Assembly: GCA_964384085.1 (NCBI GenBank)
Contig: CAYLJZ010000007.1
Location: 3,340 to 67,339 of the forward strand
DNA: 64,000 bases
From: an uncultured Desulfobacteraceae bacterium
GTDB taxonomy: Bacteria; Desulfobacterota; DSM-4660; Desulfatiglandales; Desulfatiglandaceae
Direction: 5' to 3'
In this document: piece by piece, positions 36,590-46,622 of the stretch
Layout: each line of letters opens with the position of its first letter
Position numbering within the stretch: the first letter of the stretch is position 1
Translations under genes and position numbers: made by a program
The notes under the pieces: generated by a model
The model's input: the letters and a program-made list of their open reading frames with translations, nothing else
Databases searched by the model: none
What the model was told of the DNA's origin: nothing

Positions 36590-39171
36590 TGATCTATCTT
36601 CGCCTGTTTGTCTGGCTCGATGTTCGGCAGCTCCGCAGACACCCGTGGCGTCTCGCCGCGGTTATTCTGGGGATCGCCCTCGGCGCGGCCGTTTTCACGA
36701 GCGTGCGTCTCGCCGTCGATGCATCCCTGGACGCCTTCACCCAGAGCATGGACCTGATCTCCGGAAAGGCGGACTGGTCCGTCATCGGCCAGGGCGCCCG
36801 CGTGCCGGAACACCTTGTAGCTCAAACAAAAAAGGACCCGGCCGTTGAGACCGCATCCCCCTTTATCTCCACCTATGTGGAGGCACACGGCACAAACCTT
36901 CCTCCCTTTCTACTGATCGGCATTGACCCCATCCTCGACCATCCGCTGCGGACCTGGGAGGAGGACTCCCCAGACGGGAAGGGGGCGTTTGTATGGCTGG
37001 ATCTCATTCGAGTGCCCAACACGTGTCTGATGACCCGAAGCCTGGCACAGGCCCTTCACCGAGCCCCCGGCGATCTGCTTCAGCTTTCCCATGTGCATAC
37101 CATCGCCCCGTTTCACATCCTCGGCATTCTGAAACCCCACGGTCTCGCGCGGATCGAGGGGGGCGGCATGGCCATCACGGATATCGCCACCATTCAGGAA
37201 TTCATCGGTTGCCAGGGGTGGGTGGACCGCATCGATCTCAAGCTCAAGGCGGGGGCGACCGAGGCGGACCTTCAGCGAATTGAATCCTCGCTGCCTGAAG
37301 GTTTCGGGTTGGAGCGGCCGGTCGAGACCAAGGAAACCGGTGAGGCCATGATCCGGGGATATCAGCTCAACCTTTCGGTGTTAAGCCTGGTCTCCCTCTT
37401 TGTGGGCATGTTTCTCGTCTACAGTCTTGTTTCTCTGAATGCTGCTGCCCGACGCAATGAGCTGGCGAACCTGAGGGCCCTCGGGGCGTCCACGGGCCTG
37501 ATCTTTCTGCTGATCCTGTCGGAGGGCATGGCCCTGGGGGTTGCCGGGTGGATTGCAGCCATTCCCATCGGATCCCTCCTGGTTCACTATCTCCTGGCAG
37601 CGGTGAGCGGGACCATCGACAGCCTCTTTGTACGGGTGCAGGCCGTGGCCCTGCGACCCGATGCGTGGGAGATCATCCTCTCTTTTGCGATCACCGTCGG
37701 TACGTCGCTCATCGCGGCCTTCAAGCCGGCCAGGGACGCCATCCGCATCTCCCCGAAGGAGGCCATGATCATTCACGGGTCGGTAAGCCAGCCCCGGTTG
37801 CGGGGAGTGACCCCGTTGGCCATCGGCCTCCTCCTCATCGCCCTCTCCTGGCCCCTGGCTTCGCTGCCCCCGGTAGGCCCGTTCCCACTGGCCGGGTATA
37901 TCTCGGCGAGTCTCCTCGTGCTGGGGTTTTCCGCCCTTTCACCACCTCTCCTGAGGATCATGGGGTCCCGCCTGGCGGGGCCGCTTCGGCGCGTTGGAGG
38001 AGAGCCGGCCTTCCTGGCAGGACGATATGTGCGGGACGCAGGGGGGCGAACGGCCATCTCTGTGGGCGCCTTGATCACGGCCGTGGCCCTCTTCGTATCC
38101 CTTGTGATCATGGTGAACAGCTTTCGGTATACGGTGTCGCTCTGGATCGAGCAGACCCTGGCCGGCGACTATTTTCTTCGGCCCAGCATGGCCGGTCTCA
38201 ATGAGTACCGCGATGCCTTGCCCGAAGAGGTGGTCCGGGCGATTCAGGGCATGGCAACGAAGGTGGATATCCTCCCCTATCACCGCCTTCACCTTCGGTA
38301 TAACAGGGCGCCCTACGAACTGGAGGCGGTAGACCTTGAAAAGCTCACGGATTACGGCGGCTTTATCTTCCTTGAGGGGCGAATGGAAACCGTCAGACTG
38401 CTCCTTTTTCGAGGAGAAGGCGTCCTGGTTTCCGAGGTATTCGCCAACCGGAGCGGCCTCGGGCCAGGGGACCGGTATCGTGCGCAGATCGGCAGCGCGG
38501 TGATTGACCTTCCGGTCCTCGGAGTCTTCAGGGATTATCGTACCAACGGGGGTGCGGTTTACATGGATCTGAAGGCCTATCAGACCCTGACCGGAAATAC
38601 CGCGTGGGGAGGCGTCCGTTTCTTTTTCAAGGACCGGGACCAAGACCTGGAAGCGGCGACCCAGGCCCTCGAGACAGAGATTCGCCGCTGCTGTGCACAG
38701 AACCATCCCCTGGAGATGGCATCGGGGTTGGAACTCCGTAAGGAGATCCTGAGAATCTTTGATGAAACCTTTGCCGTAACCACGGTCCTCCTTCTCATCG
38801 CCCTTCTCGTGAGCGCACTGGGAATCGCAACCACTCTGACGGTGCTGGTACTGGAGCGCTTCCGACAATTGAACACCCTCGCGGCCATCGGCGCGAGTCA
38901 CGGACAGATACGCTCCATGGTTTTCTGGGAAGCGCTTCTTATGGTCGCGGCAGGGGAAGTCATCGGCCTCGCATGCGGCTTTTTCCTTTCCTCTTTCCTC
39001 ATCTTCGTGATCAACAGGCAGTGTTTTGGATGGACGTTTCTCTACCGGATAGACATGGGGACCTTTGCCATTTCGCTCCCCCTGATTCTGGCCACGGCCG
39101 TCGCCGCTGCAGTCCCTGCGGCGAGGCTGGTCCTGCGCGCATCGCCGGCCCAGGCATTGAAGGAGGCATGA
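36577..39171 (+). CDS. ABC transporter permease with two FtsX-type modules (AttF/G-like fusion)
   Basis: 864 aa with two repeats, each a large periplasmic loop plus a 4-TM FtsX-like block. Confidence 0.8.
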   Translation: MQHVMIYLRLFVWLDVRQLRRHPWRLAAVILGIALGAAVFTSVRLAVDASLDAFTQSMDLISGKADWSVIGQGARVPEHLVAQTKKDPAVETASPFISTYVEAHGTNLPPFLLIGIDPILDHPLRTWEEDSPDGKGAFVWLDLIRVPNTCLMTRSLAQALHRAPGDLLQLSHVHTIAPFHILGILKPHGLARIEGGGMAITDIATIQEFIGCQGWVDRIDLKLKAGATEADLQRIESSLPEGFGLERPVETKETGEAMIRGYQLNLSVLSLVSLFVGMFLVYSLVSLNAAARRNELANLRALGASTGLIFLLILSEGMALGVAGWIAAIPIGSLLVHYLLAAVSGTIDSLFVRVQAVALRPDAWEIILSFAITVGTSLIAAFKPARDAIRISPKEAMIIHGSVSQPRLRGVTPLAIGLLLIALSWPLASLPPVGPFPLAGYISASLLVLGFSALSPPLLRIMGSRLAGPLRRVGGEPAFLAGRYVRDAGGRTAISVGALITAVALFVSLVIMVNSFRYTVSLWIEQTLAGDYFLRPSMAGLNEYRDALPEEVVRAIQGMATKVDILPYHRLHLRYNRAPYELEAVDLEKLTDYGGFIFLEGRMETVRLLLFRGEGVLVSEVFANRSGLGPGDRYRAQIGSAVIDLPVLGVFRDYRTNGGAVYMDLKAYQTLTGNTAWGGVRFFFKDRDQDLEAATQALETEIRRCCAQNHPLEMASGLELRKEILRIFDETFAVTTVLLLIALLVSALGIATTLTVLVLERFRQLNTLAAIGASHGQIRSMVFWEALLMVAAGEVIGLACGFFLSSFLIFVINRQCFGWTFLYRIDMGTFAISLPLILATAVAAAVPAARLVLRASPAQALKEA

Positions 39172-39172
39172 G

Positions 39173-40324
39173 ATGAAAGGGCGGGGTCGTCGCCGGGTCT
39201 GTCGAATCTGCGCGATCGTGGTGTTTGGCGCTGTCGTCCTCTGGGGAGGCGGCGCGAGCGCCGGGTCTGACTATCTGTCGGTTGAGGGACCGTGTGCGTT
39301 TTCGTTTCCGAATGACCACCAGGCCCATCCGGGGTATCAGACAGAGTGGTGGTACTATACGGGGAATCTGACTGGGAAGGGCGGACGTCCCTTCGGGTTC
39401 CAGCTAACCTTCTTTCGACGACAACTCATTCCTTTCGAAACTGAACAGGGATGGCCGTCCAATCCGTCGTCATGGCGTGCCAAAAACCTGTTTATGGTCC
39501 ATGCGGCTCTTTCAGACGTGACGGATGGCCGCTTTTACTGGGATGAGGAATTGGCCAGAGAAGCGGTCGGCCTTGCCGGCGTCCGGAAAGCGGAGGACAC
39601 GATCGAGATCTTTCTGGGCCGATGGAGTTCTGTAATACTGGCATCTGAACACCGTCTAAAGGCAGCGACGGACCTCTTTTCCTTTGACCTTATGTGTAAG
39701 CCTCTAAAGGCGCCGGCGGCGCACGGACGGGAAGGGTACAGCCAAAAGGGCTTGAGGCCTGAAAGCGCCAGTTGCTACTATTCGATCACTCGGCTCGAGG
39801 CCTCGGGAACCGTGGCTGTGGGAGGCAGGACCTTTGATGTAAAGGGAACGGCCTGGATGGACCACGAATACAGCACGGCCCCCTTGGAGGCGTCGCTCGT
39901 TGGCTGGGACTGGTTCAGCCTCCAGTTTTCGGACAACACGGAGCTGATGCTGTACATTCTGCGCGAAAAAGACGGCTCGTGGAGTCCCGCCTCCAGCGGG
40001 ACGTTCATTCCTGCCACGGGCCCGCCGCAACACCTTGGCAGGAATGACTTTCACGTGGAAGTGGTCGACCGATGGCGAAGCTCCCGTTCCGAAGGCGAAT
40101 ATCCTTCGCGATGGCGGATTCACGTGTTCCCTTTGGAGCTCGATCTGGAGATCTCCCCCCAAATGAGGGACCAGGAATTGACGCTGACCCGGTCCATGAG
40201 GGTGAGCTACTGGGAAGGAAGCGTGAAAATAGACGGACATAAGGCCGGTCGCGCTGTGGAGGGCATGGGCTATGTGGAACTGACCGGATACGCTGTACCT
40301 TTCGATCTCCTCGGCCAGGATTGA
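39173..40324 (+). CDS. AttH/CrtC-like (hydroxyneurosporene-synthase-fold, lipocalin-like) secreted protein
   Basis: Signal peptide, then HPGYQTEWWYYTGNL and WMDHEY motifs typical of the CrtC/AttH family. It follows the ABC genes as in the attEFGH arrangement. Confidence 0.65.
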   Translation: MKGRGRRRVCRICAIVVFGAVVLWGGGASAGSDYLSVEGPCAFSFPNDHQAHPGYQTEWWYYTGNLTGKGGRPFGFQLTFFRRQLIPFETEQGWPSNPSSWRAKNLFMVHAALSDVTDGRFYWDEELAREAVGLAGVRKAEDTIEIFLGRWSSVILASEHRLKAATDLFSFDLMCKPLKAPAAHGREGYSQKGLRPESASCYYSITRLEASGTVAVGGRTFDVKGTAWMDHEYSTAPLEASLVGWDWFSLQFSDNTELMLYILREKDGSWSPASSGTFIPATGPPQHLGRNDFHVEVVDRWRSSRSEGEYPSRWRIHVFPLELDLEISPQMRDQELTLTRSMRVSYWEGSVKIDGHKAGRAVEGMGYVELTGYAVPFDLLGQD

Positions 40325-40598
40325 AGACAACGCGCACTGGACCAGGGGAAAAGAGGTCGGGCCGGCAAGGCTATTTTATCGGTTGCAAAATGGCTATAAT
40401 GTAGTTACAATCCGATCATGAACGCCAGGCTGTATAATTTCAATACGGAAGGGCCCTTACGGCTGAATTCCTTTTCCGAACTTCAGTCGTCAGCCGTTTC
40501 ACCCTGCCGATACAGGCGGGAAAATCGATGTATTGTTGGCCCGATTTATGGACAGCATACGCCCGGTTTGTGGAATTCCAAACGCAAGGAGATATCTC

Positions 40599-43500
40599 AT
40601 GTCTGACGGTGTAACGGGAGCTGTTGTGGTCGCAGGCGCGGGAATTGCCGGCATGCAATGCGCCCTTGATCTGGCCAGCTCCGGATATTACGTGTACCTT
40701 CTCGAAAAAGGGCCCGCAATCGGGGGGGCCATGGCCCGGCTGGATAAAACCTTTCCCACCAATGATTGTGCCATGTGAATCCTCTCTCCCAAGCTGGTCG
40801 AGGTCGACCGGCACCTGAATATCGAACTGATCACACTGGCAGACATTGCCGCCATCCACGGCGAGGCCGGAGATTTTGAGATAGAGGTTCTGAGACATCC
40901 GCGTTATGTCGACATGGACCGGTGTATTGCATGCGGAACCTGCTCCGAAAAATGTCCGAAAAAGGTGGATGACCTCTTCAACGGGAATCTCATTCAGCGC
41001 AAGGCCATCTATGTGGAATATCCCCAGGCGGTCCCGCTTAAATATGTCATTGACCAAGACAACTGCATCTTCTTCCAAAAGGGGAAATGCCGGGCCTGCG
41101 AAAAATTCTGCCCCACAAAGGCCATTCGCTTTGATGAAAAGGAGGAACGACGGACCATTCGAGCGGGCGCCCTTATCCTCGCCCCTGGATTCAAGCCATA
41201 CGACCCTAGCCCTTATAAGACCTACGCCTACAGCAGATATCCCAATGTCGTTACGAGCGTGGAGTTTGAACGGATCCTGAGTGCCACCGGACCGTATCAG
41301 GGGCATCTCCAACGGCCCTCCGATGGAAAATTGCCTAAAAAAATCGCATGGCTCCAGTGCGTCGGATCGAGGGACGTCAACCAGTGCGATCATGCGTATT
41401 GCTCATCCGTCTGCTGCATGTACGCCATCAAGGAGGCGGTCATCGCAAAAGAACATGCAGGGGAGGGTCTGGACTGCGCTATTTTTTACATGGACATGCG
41501 GACCCATGGAAAGGATTTCGAGCGCTACTACACGAATGCCAGAGAAAAGCATGGCGTCCGTTTCATACGGTCGCGCGTCCCTACGGTTGATGCCCTGAAA
41601 GACTCGGGCGACCTTCTGATCCCCTATGTCAACGAGGCCGGAGAGGTGGTGGAAGAGACCTTTGACATGGTCGTCCTTTCTGTGGGGATGGAGACCTCGT
41701 CCGAATCGCTGGAACTGGCGCACCAACTCGGCATCGAGCTGACCGAGGGAGGGTTCTGCAAGACAGAATCGTTTCATCCGGTAGCCTCATCCAAACCCGG
41801 GATTTATGTGTGCGGGGCATTTCAAGGGCCCAAGGATATTCCCCAATCCATCATTGAAGCCAGTTCTGCAGCCGCAGAGGCAGGCGCCCGCTTGAGCCCG
41901 GCAAGGAACACCCTGACAAAACATATGGAGGTTCCGGAAGAAAAACAGATCGCTGGAGAAAGGCCCCGCATCGGCGTATTTGTCTGCCACTGCGGCATCA
42001 ATATCGGAGGAGTGGTGGATGTCCCCGGAGTGAGGGATTACGCCAGATCTCTTCCCTACGTGGAATATGCGACCGACAATCTATTTACCTGTTCTACAGA
42101 TACCCAGCAGATCATCGCCCAGATTATCAAAGATAAAGGCCTCAACCGCGTGGTGGTGGCCGCCTGCACGCCCAAGACCCATGAGCCGCTGTTTCAGGAA
42201 ACATTGGTCGATGCAGGGCTGAACAAATACCTCTTTGAAATGACCAATATTCGAAACCAGGACTCCTGGGTTCATAAGGATTCTCCCCAATTGGCGACCG
42301 AGAAGGCCAAGGACCTTGTCCGCATGGCCGTTGCCAAGGCCGCCCTGATGGAGCCCCTGGCGGAAACCGAACTGGGAATCAGCCAAAAGGCCCTTGTTGT
42401 CGGAGGGGGGATCTCTGGAATGGCGGCGGCAAAAAGCCTTTCAGACCAGGGGTTTCCGGTCTGTTTGGTGGAACGGTCGTGTTCGCTGGGCGGTCAGGCC
42501 CTCAACCTTTTCAGGACCTGGAAGGGAGAGGACATTCAGAAGAATCTGTCTGAGTTGGTTGACTCCGTTCAGAATGACCCGCATATCGAGGTGCGCCTCG
42601 AGACAGAGCTGGGCGATGTGGAAGGGTTTGTGGGAAATTTCAGGACCCGGCTTGTCTCAAAGGGGAAAGATTCTCTGATTGAGCACGGCGTTGTCGTGCT
42701 GGCTACCGGCGCAAGGGAATCGAGGCCTCGCGAATACCTGTATGGAGAGGATGCAAGGGTGCTCACCCATCTCGAGCTGGATCGAAAGATGATTGGAGGC
42801 GACCCGGCCCTGCGAGAGGTTCGGACCGCCGTTTTTATCCAGTGCGTGGGGTCCCGGGAGCCTGAACGGCCCTATTGCTCCAGGGTTTGCTGCAGCCATT
42901 CCATCGAAAGTGCACTCCACCTGAAAGCGTTGAATCCCGACATGAAGGTCTATGTCCTCTACCGGGATATCCGTACCTATGGGGAACGGGAGCGTCTCTA
43001 TCGGGATGCCCGCCTGGCGGGGGTCCTGTTCATTCCATTCTCGGTGGATCACAAGCCGCGGGTCTTCCCGGACAAGAACCGTCTCAGAATTGAGGTAGAG
43101 GACACGGCGTTGGGTGAAACGGTCACGTTCGGCGCCGACCTGGTGGTGCTGGCAGCCGCCATTGTCCCTTATGAAGACGAGAAACTGGCACAATTGTTCA
43201 AGGTACCTATGAACGAAGACGGGTTTTTTGTTGAGGCCCACGCCAAATTGGGACCATCGGAGTTCGCCACCGACGGGGTATTTCTCTGCGGCATGAGTCA
43301 TTATCCCAAACCGATAGATGAATCCGTTGCACAGGCACTGGCCGCCTCTTCCCGGGCCGTGACGCTCCTGTCCAAAAAATCCGTTCGAATGACCGGAACA
43401 GTGGCCCATGTGGACCCCCGCGCGTGCAGCGGGTGTGGCGTGTGTGCGACCATCTGTCCCTATTCAGCCCCTGCGGTCATCACGACGGGGCCCTTTGCAG

Positions 43501-43628
43501 GCAAGATGGAAATCAATCCTGCCCTATGCAAGGGATGCGGCTTGTGTGTAGCCTCGTGTCGTTCGGGCGCGCTGAACCTCAAGGGCTTTGGCGAAGATCA
43601 AATCATAGCCATGATTAATGAGATATAA
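40599..43628 (+). CDS. hdrA: Heterodisulfide reductase subunit A-like flavoprotein, tandem-module form, with in-frame TGA (selenocysteine) at 40776..40778
   Basis: ORFs 40533..40778 and 40914..43628 share a frame with no other stop between them. The junction reads FPTNDCAM-[TGA]-ILSPKLVE, a conserved HdrA Cys position. Two GxGxxG FAD modules ([11 protein letters not shown] and [10 protein letters not shown]) and several CxxCxxCxxxCP ferredoxin motifs. SD AAGGAGA before the ATG at 40599. Confidence 0.85.
40793..40812 (+). promoter_or_regulatory. Candidate bacterial SECIS hairpin for hdrA (8-bp stem GCUGGUCG/CGACCGGC, apical loop AGGU)
   Basis: Starts 15 nt after the UGA. All 8 pairs are Watson-Crick or GU. 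The loop contains GGU-like bases. Confidence 0.5.
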
Positions 43629-43773
43629 AGAAATGTGGTGATTGAGAGAATGAAGGATGCCGGAATTGAGGGATACGGATGTTCCTGAACTTCATAGAGA
43701 GACATCAGAGTGTTTTTAAACGTTTTTTCAATCATCAATCAACAATCATAAATCCTAATATCAAGGTGCATAT

Positions 43774-44277
43774 ATGGGAACCATAGACCTGGATCGGAGC
43801 GATTCGAAGTTTATAGAGGATCTGGCCGGACAGCCCGGAGGAGAGATGATACGGGCCTGTTTCACCTGTCGCAGTTGCGTGGCAGGCTGTCCGATCGCCG
43901 CGGTCAACCGGGAGTTCAGCCCAGCCAAAATCATTCGAATGGCCCTTTATGGACTCAAAGATCACGTCCTGAAAAGCGATTTCGTATGGCTGTGTTCCAC
44001 CTGCTATACCTGTCAGGAGAGATGCCCCCAGGGGGTAACCATCACAGATTTTATGACCCTCCTGAAAAACAGGGCGATCAAGGAAGGATTCGCGCCCCCC
44101 GGGATCCGGGCCCAGTTGAAACTGGTCACCGGCGATGGCCGGATCTATCCGATCGATGATTTTGACAACAAAAAGCGGTCAAAGGCAGGGCTACCAGTGT
44201 TGCCGACCTCATGCGAGGAGATCAAGAAGTTATTTCACGGACAGGATGCCGCTACAGATACGGATATCCCGGTTTGA
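43774..44277 (+). CDS. hdrC: Heterodisulfide reductase subunit C-like (2x[4Fe-4S])
   Basis: Contains the CFTCRSCVAGCP and CSTCYTCQERCP cluster motifs. 167 aa. Confidence 0.85.
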   Translation: MGTIDLDRSDSKFIEDLAGQPGGEMIRACFTCRSCVAGCPIAAVNREFSPAKIIRMALYGLKDHVLKSDFVWLCSTCYTCQERCPQGVTITDFMTLLKNRAIKEGFAPPGIRAQLKLVTGDGRIYPIDDFDNKKRSKAGLPVLPTSCEEIKKLFHGQDAATDTDIPV

Positions 44278-44342
44278 CCTTTCATCGTACTGAAAAGGAC
44301 GCTACGGCGTGTTCAGTTAACCAAACCTCAAGGAACCGACGA

Positions 44343-45218
44343 ATGAAATACGCATTTTTTTTGGGCTGTACCATTCCCGCCAGGGCCAGAAATTATGAGC
44401 TTTCTGCGAGAAAGGTGGCCGAGACGGTAGGGATCGACCTGATAGAGACAGACAGGTTTATGTGCTGCGGATTTCCCATAAAGGCAGCGGACAGGGATGC
44501 TGCAACGCTCATGGCCGCTTACAATCTCGCTCTGGCCCAGGAGAAAGGCCTGGATATATGCTCCCTGTGCAGCTCTTGTGCCTCTCAACTGGCTGAGTCC
44601 GCACATCATTTGTCGTGGGACGAGGATGAAAGGGCCCGCGTCAATGAGCGACTGTCCGCAGTGGGTCTGACATATAATAAAGGCCCAAGGGTCAGGCATT
44701 TTGCCCGTATCCTGTTTGAAGAAGTGGGGGCCGAAACCATCAAGACCCATTTAAAAAAGGACCTGACGGGCCTCAACATCGCCGTTCACTACGGTTGCCA
44801 TTACCTCAAGCCCTCTTCCATCCACGATCATTTCGACGATGTGGAAGACCCTGAATCCATTGAAGATCTGGTAGCCCTCACCGGGGCTAAGATAGTTGAT
44901 TACCCGGGAAAGAAGATGTGCTGCGGCGGCCCCGTGCTTCCTGTGGATGAAAAGCTGGCCCTCTCTGTCACGAAAAAGAAGCTGGATACCCTTGTGGAGG
45001 CCAAGGCAGATGCGCTGTGCCTCGTTTGCCCCTTCTGCTCGGTCATGTACGACGGAAACCAGAAGAGTATTGAATCGGAATTCGGCGTGACCTATAACCT
45101 TCCGGTCCTCTACCTGACCCAGGTCCTGGGTCTGGCCATGGGCTTTGACACAAAAGAATTAGGGTTAACTATGAATGTGGTGAAGACCAAGGAATTGGCC
45201 GCCAGGATAGGGCTTTAG
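44343..45218 (+). CDS. hdrB: Heterodisulfide reductase subunit B-like (two CCG domains)
   Basis: MKYAFFLGCTIP..., CCGFP and CCGGP CCG-domain motifs. Start at the ATG at 44343 rather than the ORF-track 44211. Confidence 0.9.
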   Translation: MKYAFFLGCTIPARARNYELSARKVAETVGIDLIETDRFMCCGFPIKAADRDAATLMAAYNLALAQEKGLDICSLCSSCASQLAESAHHLSWDEDERARVNERLSAVGLTYNKGPRVRHFARILFEEVGAETIKTHLKKDLTGLNIAVHYGCHYLKPSSIHDHFDDVEDPESIEDLVALTGAKIVDYPGKKMCCGGPVLPVDEKLALSVTKKKLDTLVEAKADALCLVCPFCSVMYDGNQKSIESEFGVTYNLPVLYLTQVLGLAMGFDTKELGLTMNVVKTKELAARIGL

Positions 45219-45233
45219 TCCCTCCGATTATGC

Positions 45234-46397
45234 TTAAGGGAGGTTACGCAAATAGATCGCCTTACTCGTGGATTTCCTTTTCTTTATGAGAAATAGAATC
45301 ATCAGCAGCAAGAGGATGCCCGAGACGATCCCCACGAACACGAGAATCGTGCTTTTCTTGATTTGGATTACGTCGCCTGTTTGCTCCGCGACCTCGGCCT
45401 TCATCTCCTCCCGGGCTTGGGTCGTGGGTTTTATCGGTTGAACAACGGGCGCAGGCGCCGAAGGTGGTGTTTTGGCCACAAGTTGCATCAGCCCCTTGGA
45501 AAGAAGCTCGCGGGCCTTGGCATCCCGGACCTTCCGGTTGACAGATCCGAGAACCACAGCAATGGCACGGACCCCCTTTTTTTCGGCCGTTGCAGCAATG
45601 GAAAACCCCGCCAGGCTGAAATAACCTGTCTTGAGCCCATCGCAACCCTCCATGGCCCCCAGCAGATGATTGTGGCTCCGCATCAAAAACGGCTGTTTGG
45701 CATCCGCGCGGAAAGGCCGCTCTCTGGTTGAGGTATACCGAAGCGTCTCCGGGTATTTCAACAGTTCCCGGGAGAGTTTTGCAAGATCTCGGGGTGTGGA
45801 AACATCCGGCTGTTGACCTTTCGCCGGAGGGAGACCATGCACGGAATGAAAGACGGTGTCCGTCATACCGATCTCCTGTGAGCGTTTATTCATCATATCG
45901 ACAAAGGCCTCCTTGCTTCCCGCATAGTGAAGCGCAAGGGCGGTCGCCGCGTCGTTTGCAGACTGGACAATGGTCGCAAACAGCAAATTCTCCACCGGAA
46001 ACACCTCATGTTCCTTCAAATAAACCTGCGACCCGCCGATCCGGGATGCCTCTGCAGTAACGGTGACCGGATCCTCGAGATGGAGCCGTTTGGATTCGAT
46101 GGCCTCAAGGATGATGAGGAGGACCATCAGTTTGGTGATGCTCGCAGGATATCCTTTGGTATCGCCATTGTCCTCAAACAAGACGTCCCCGGTCTTTGCA
46201 TCGATCACGATGGCCCCCGCGTAAGGTTCTTTTGACATGGCGCCGGGCCTGGGCTTCTGTTTCGCCTGGGCTGAGTCAGTCTGACCTGATGGGGCTTCAC
46301 GTCCCCTGCTTCTTTCTTTAGCGGCATGGGTGGATGAAACGATGAAGACACTCAAAAGAAGAGCAACCCCAATAATCCGAAATAGATCCCTTTTCAC
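45234..46397 (-). CDS. D-alanyl-D-alanine carboxypeptidase (PBP5/6-type, S11) with a C-terminal membrane anchor
   Basis: SxxK (ASITK), SxN (SAND) and KTG (LKTGYF) motifs. Start set at the GTG at 46397, preceded by GGGAGG; the ORF-track start at 46559 adds 54 unlikely residues. Confidence 0.85.
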   Translation of the reverse strand: MKRDLFRIIGVALLLSVFIVSSTHAAKERSRGREAPSGQTDSAQAKQKPRPGAMSKEPYAGAIVIDAKTGDVLFEDNGDTKGYPASITKLMVLLIILEAIESKRLHLEDPVTVTAEASRIGGSQVYLKEHEVFPVENLLFATIVQSANDAATALALHYAGSKEAFVDMMNKRSQEIGMTDTVFHSVHGLPPAKGQQPDVSTPRDLAKLSRELLKYPETLRYTSTRERPFRADAKQPFLMRSHNHLLGAMEGCDGLKTGYFSLAGFSIAATAEKKGVRAIAVVLGSVNRKVRDAKARELLSKGLMQLVAKTPPSAPAPVVQPIKPTTQAREEMKAEVAEQTGDVIQIKKSTILVFVGIVSGILLLLMILFLIKKRKSTSKAIYLRNLP

Positions 46398-46622
46398 GAT
46401 GCCTCCCAATAATCTTTGGTTGTTAGCGAAGAATAATGACGGAGTATAGGGACATTGCCTTCTCGGTGTCAAGCGGAGGCAAGGGCTTTCTGAAAAAAAA
46501 CCGACCTGTACGGTCAGGGCGTGCGGATCTCTTGCCAACTGCTGCAATCCCGCTTTCATCAGGATGGACGCGCCTCAGGCGTTGGGTGTCTGGTGGTTAC
46601 CACGATGTTGAACAAGGAGGCT

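Noticed and set aside
37939-38901. 320-aa minus-strand ORF inside the FtsX permease gene
   Set aside because: It is a shadow ORF. The plus strand encodes coherent TM helices and sits in the ABC operon context.
40400-40450. Two perfect TATAAT hexamers upstream of hdrA, considered as promoter features
   Set aside because: Neither has a convincing -35 element at 16-18 nt nor a proper TGn extended -10. Promoter calls would be guesses, so they are mentioned only in a finding and not listed as features.
40440-41393. 317-aa minus-strand ORF that spans the hdrA promoter and 5' region
   Set aside because: It is antisense to hdrA, whose FAD and Fe-S motifs are unambiguous. It also crosses an obvious intergenic region.
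46398-46559. 54-residue N-terminal extension of the carboxypeptidase ORF
   Set aside because: The extension has no signal-peptide logic. A GTG at 46397 preceded by GGGAGG starts directly at a basic residue followed by a hydrophobic signal peptide (VKRDLFRIIGVALLLSVFIV).
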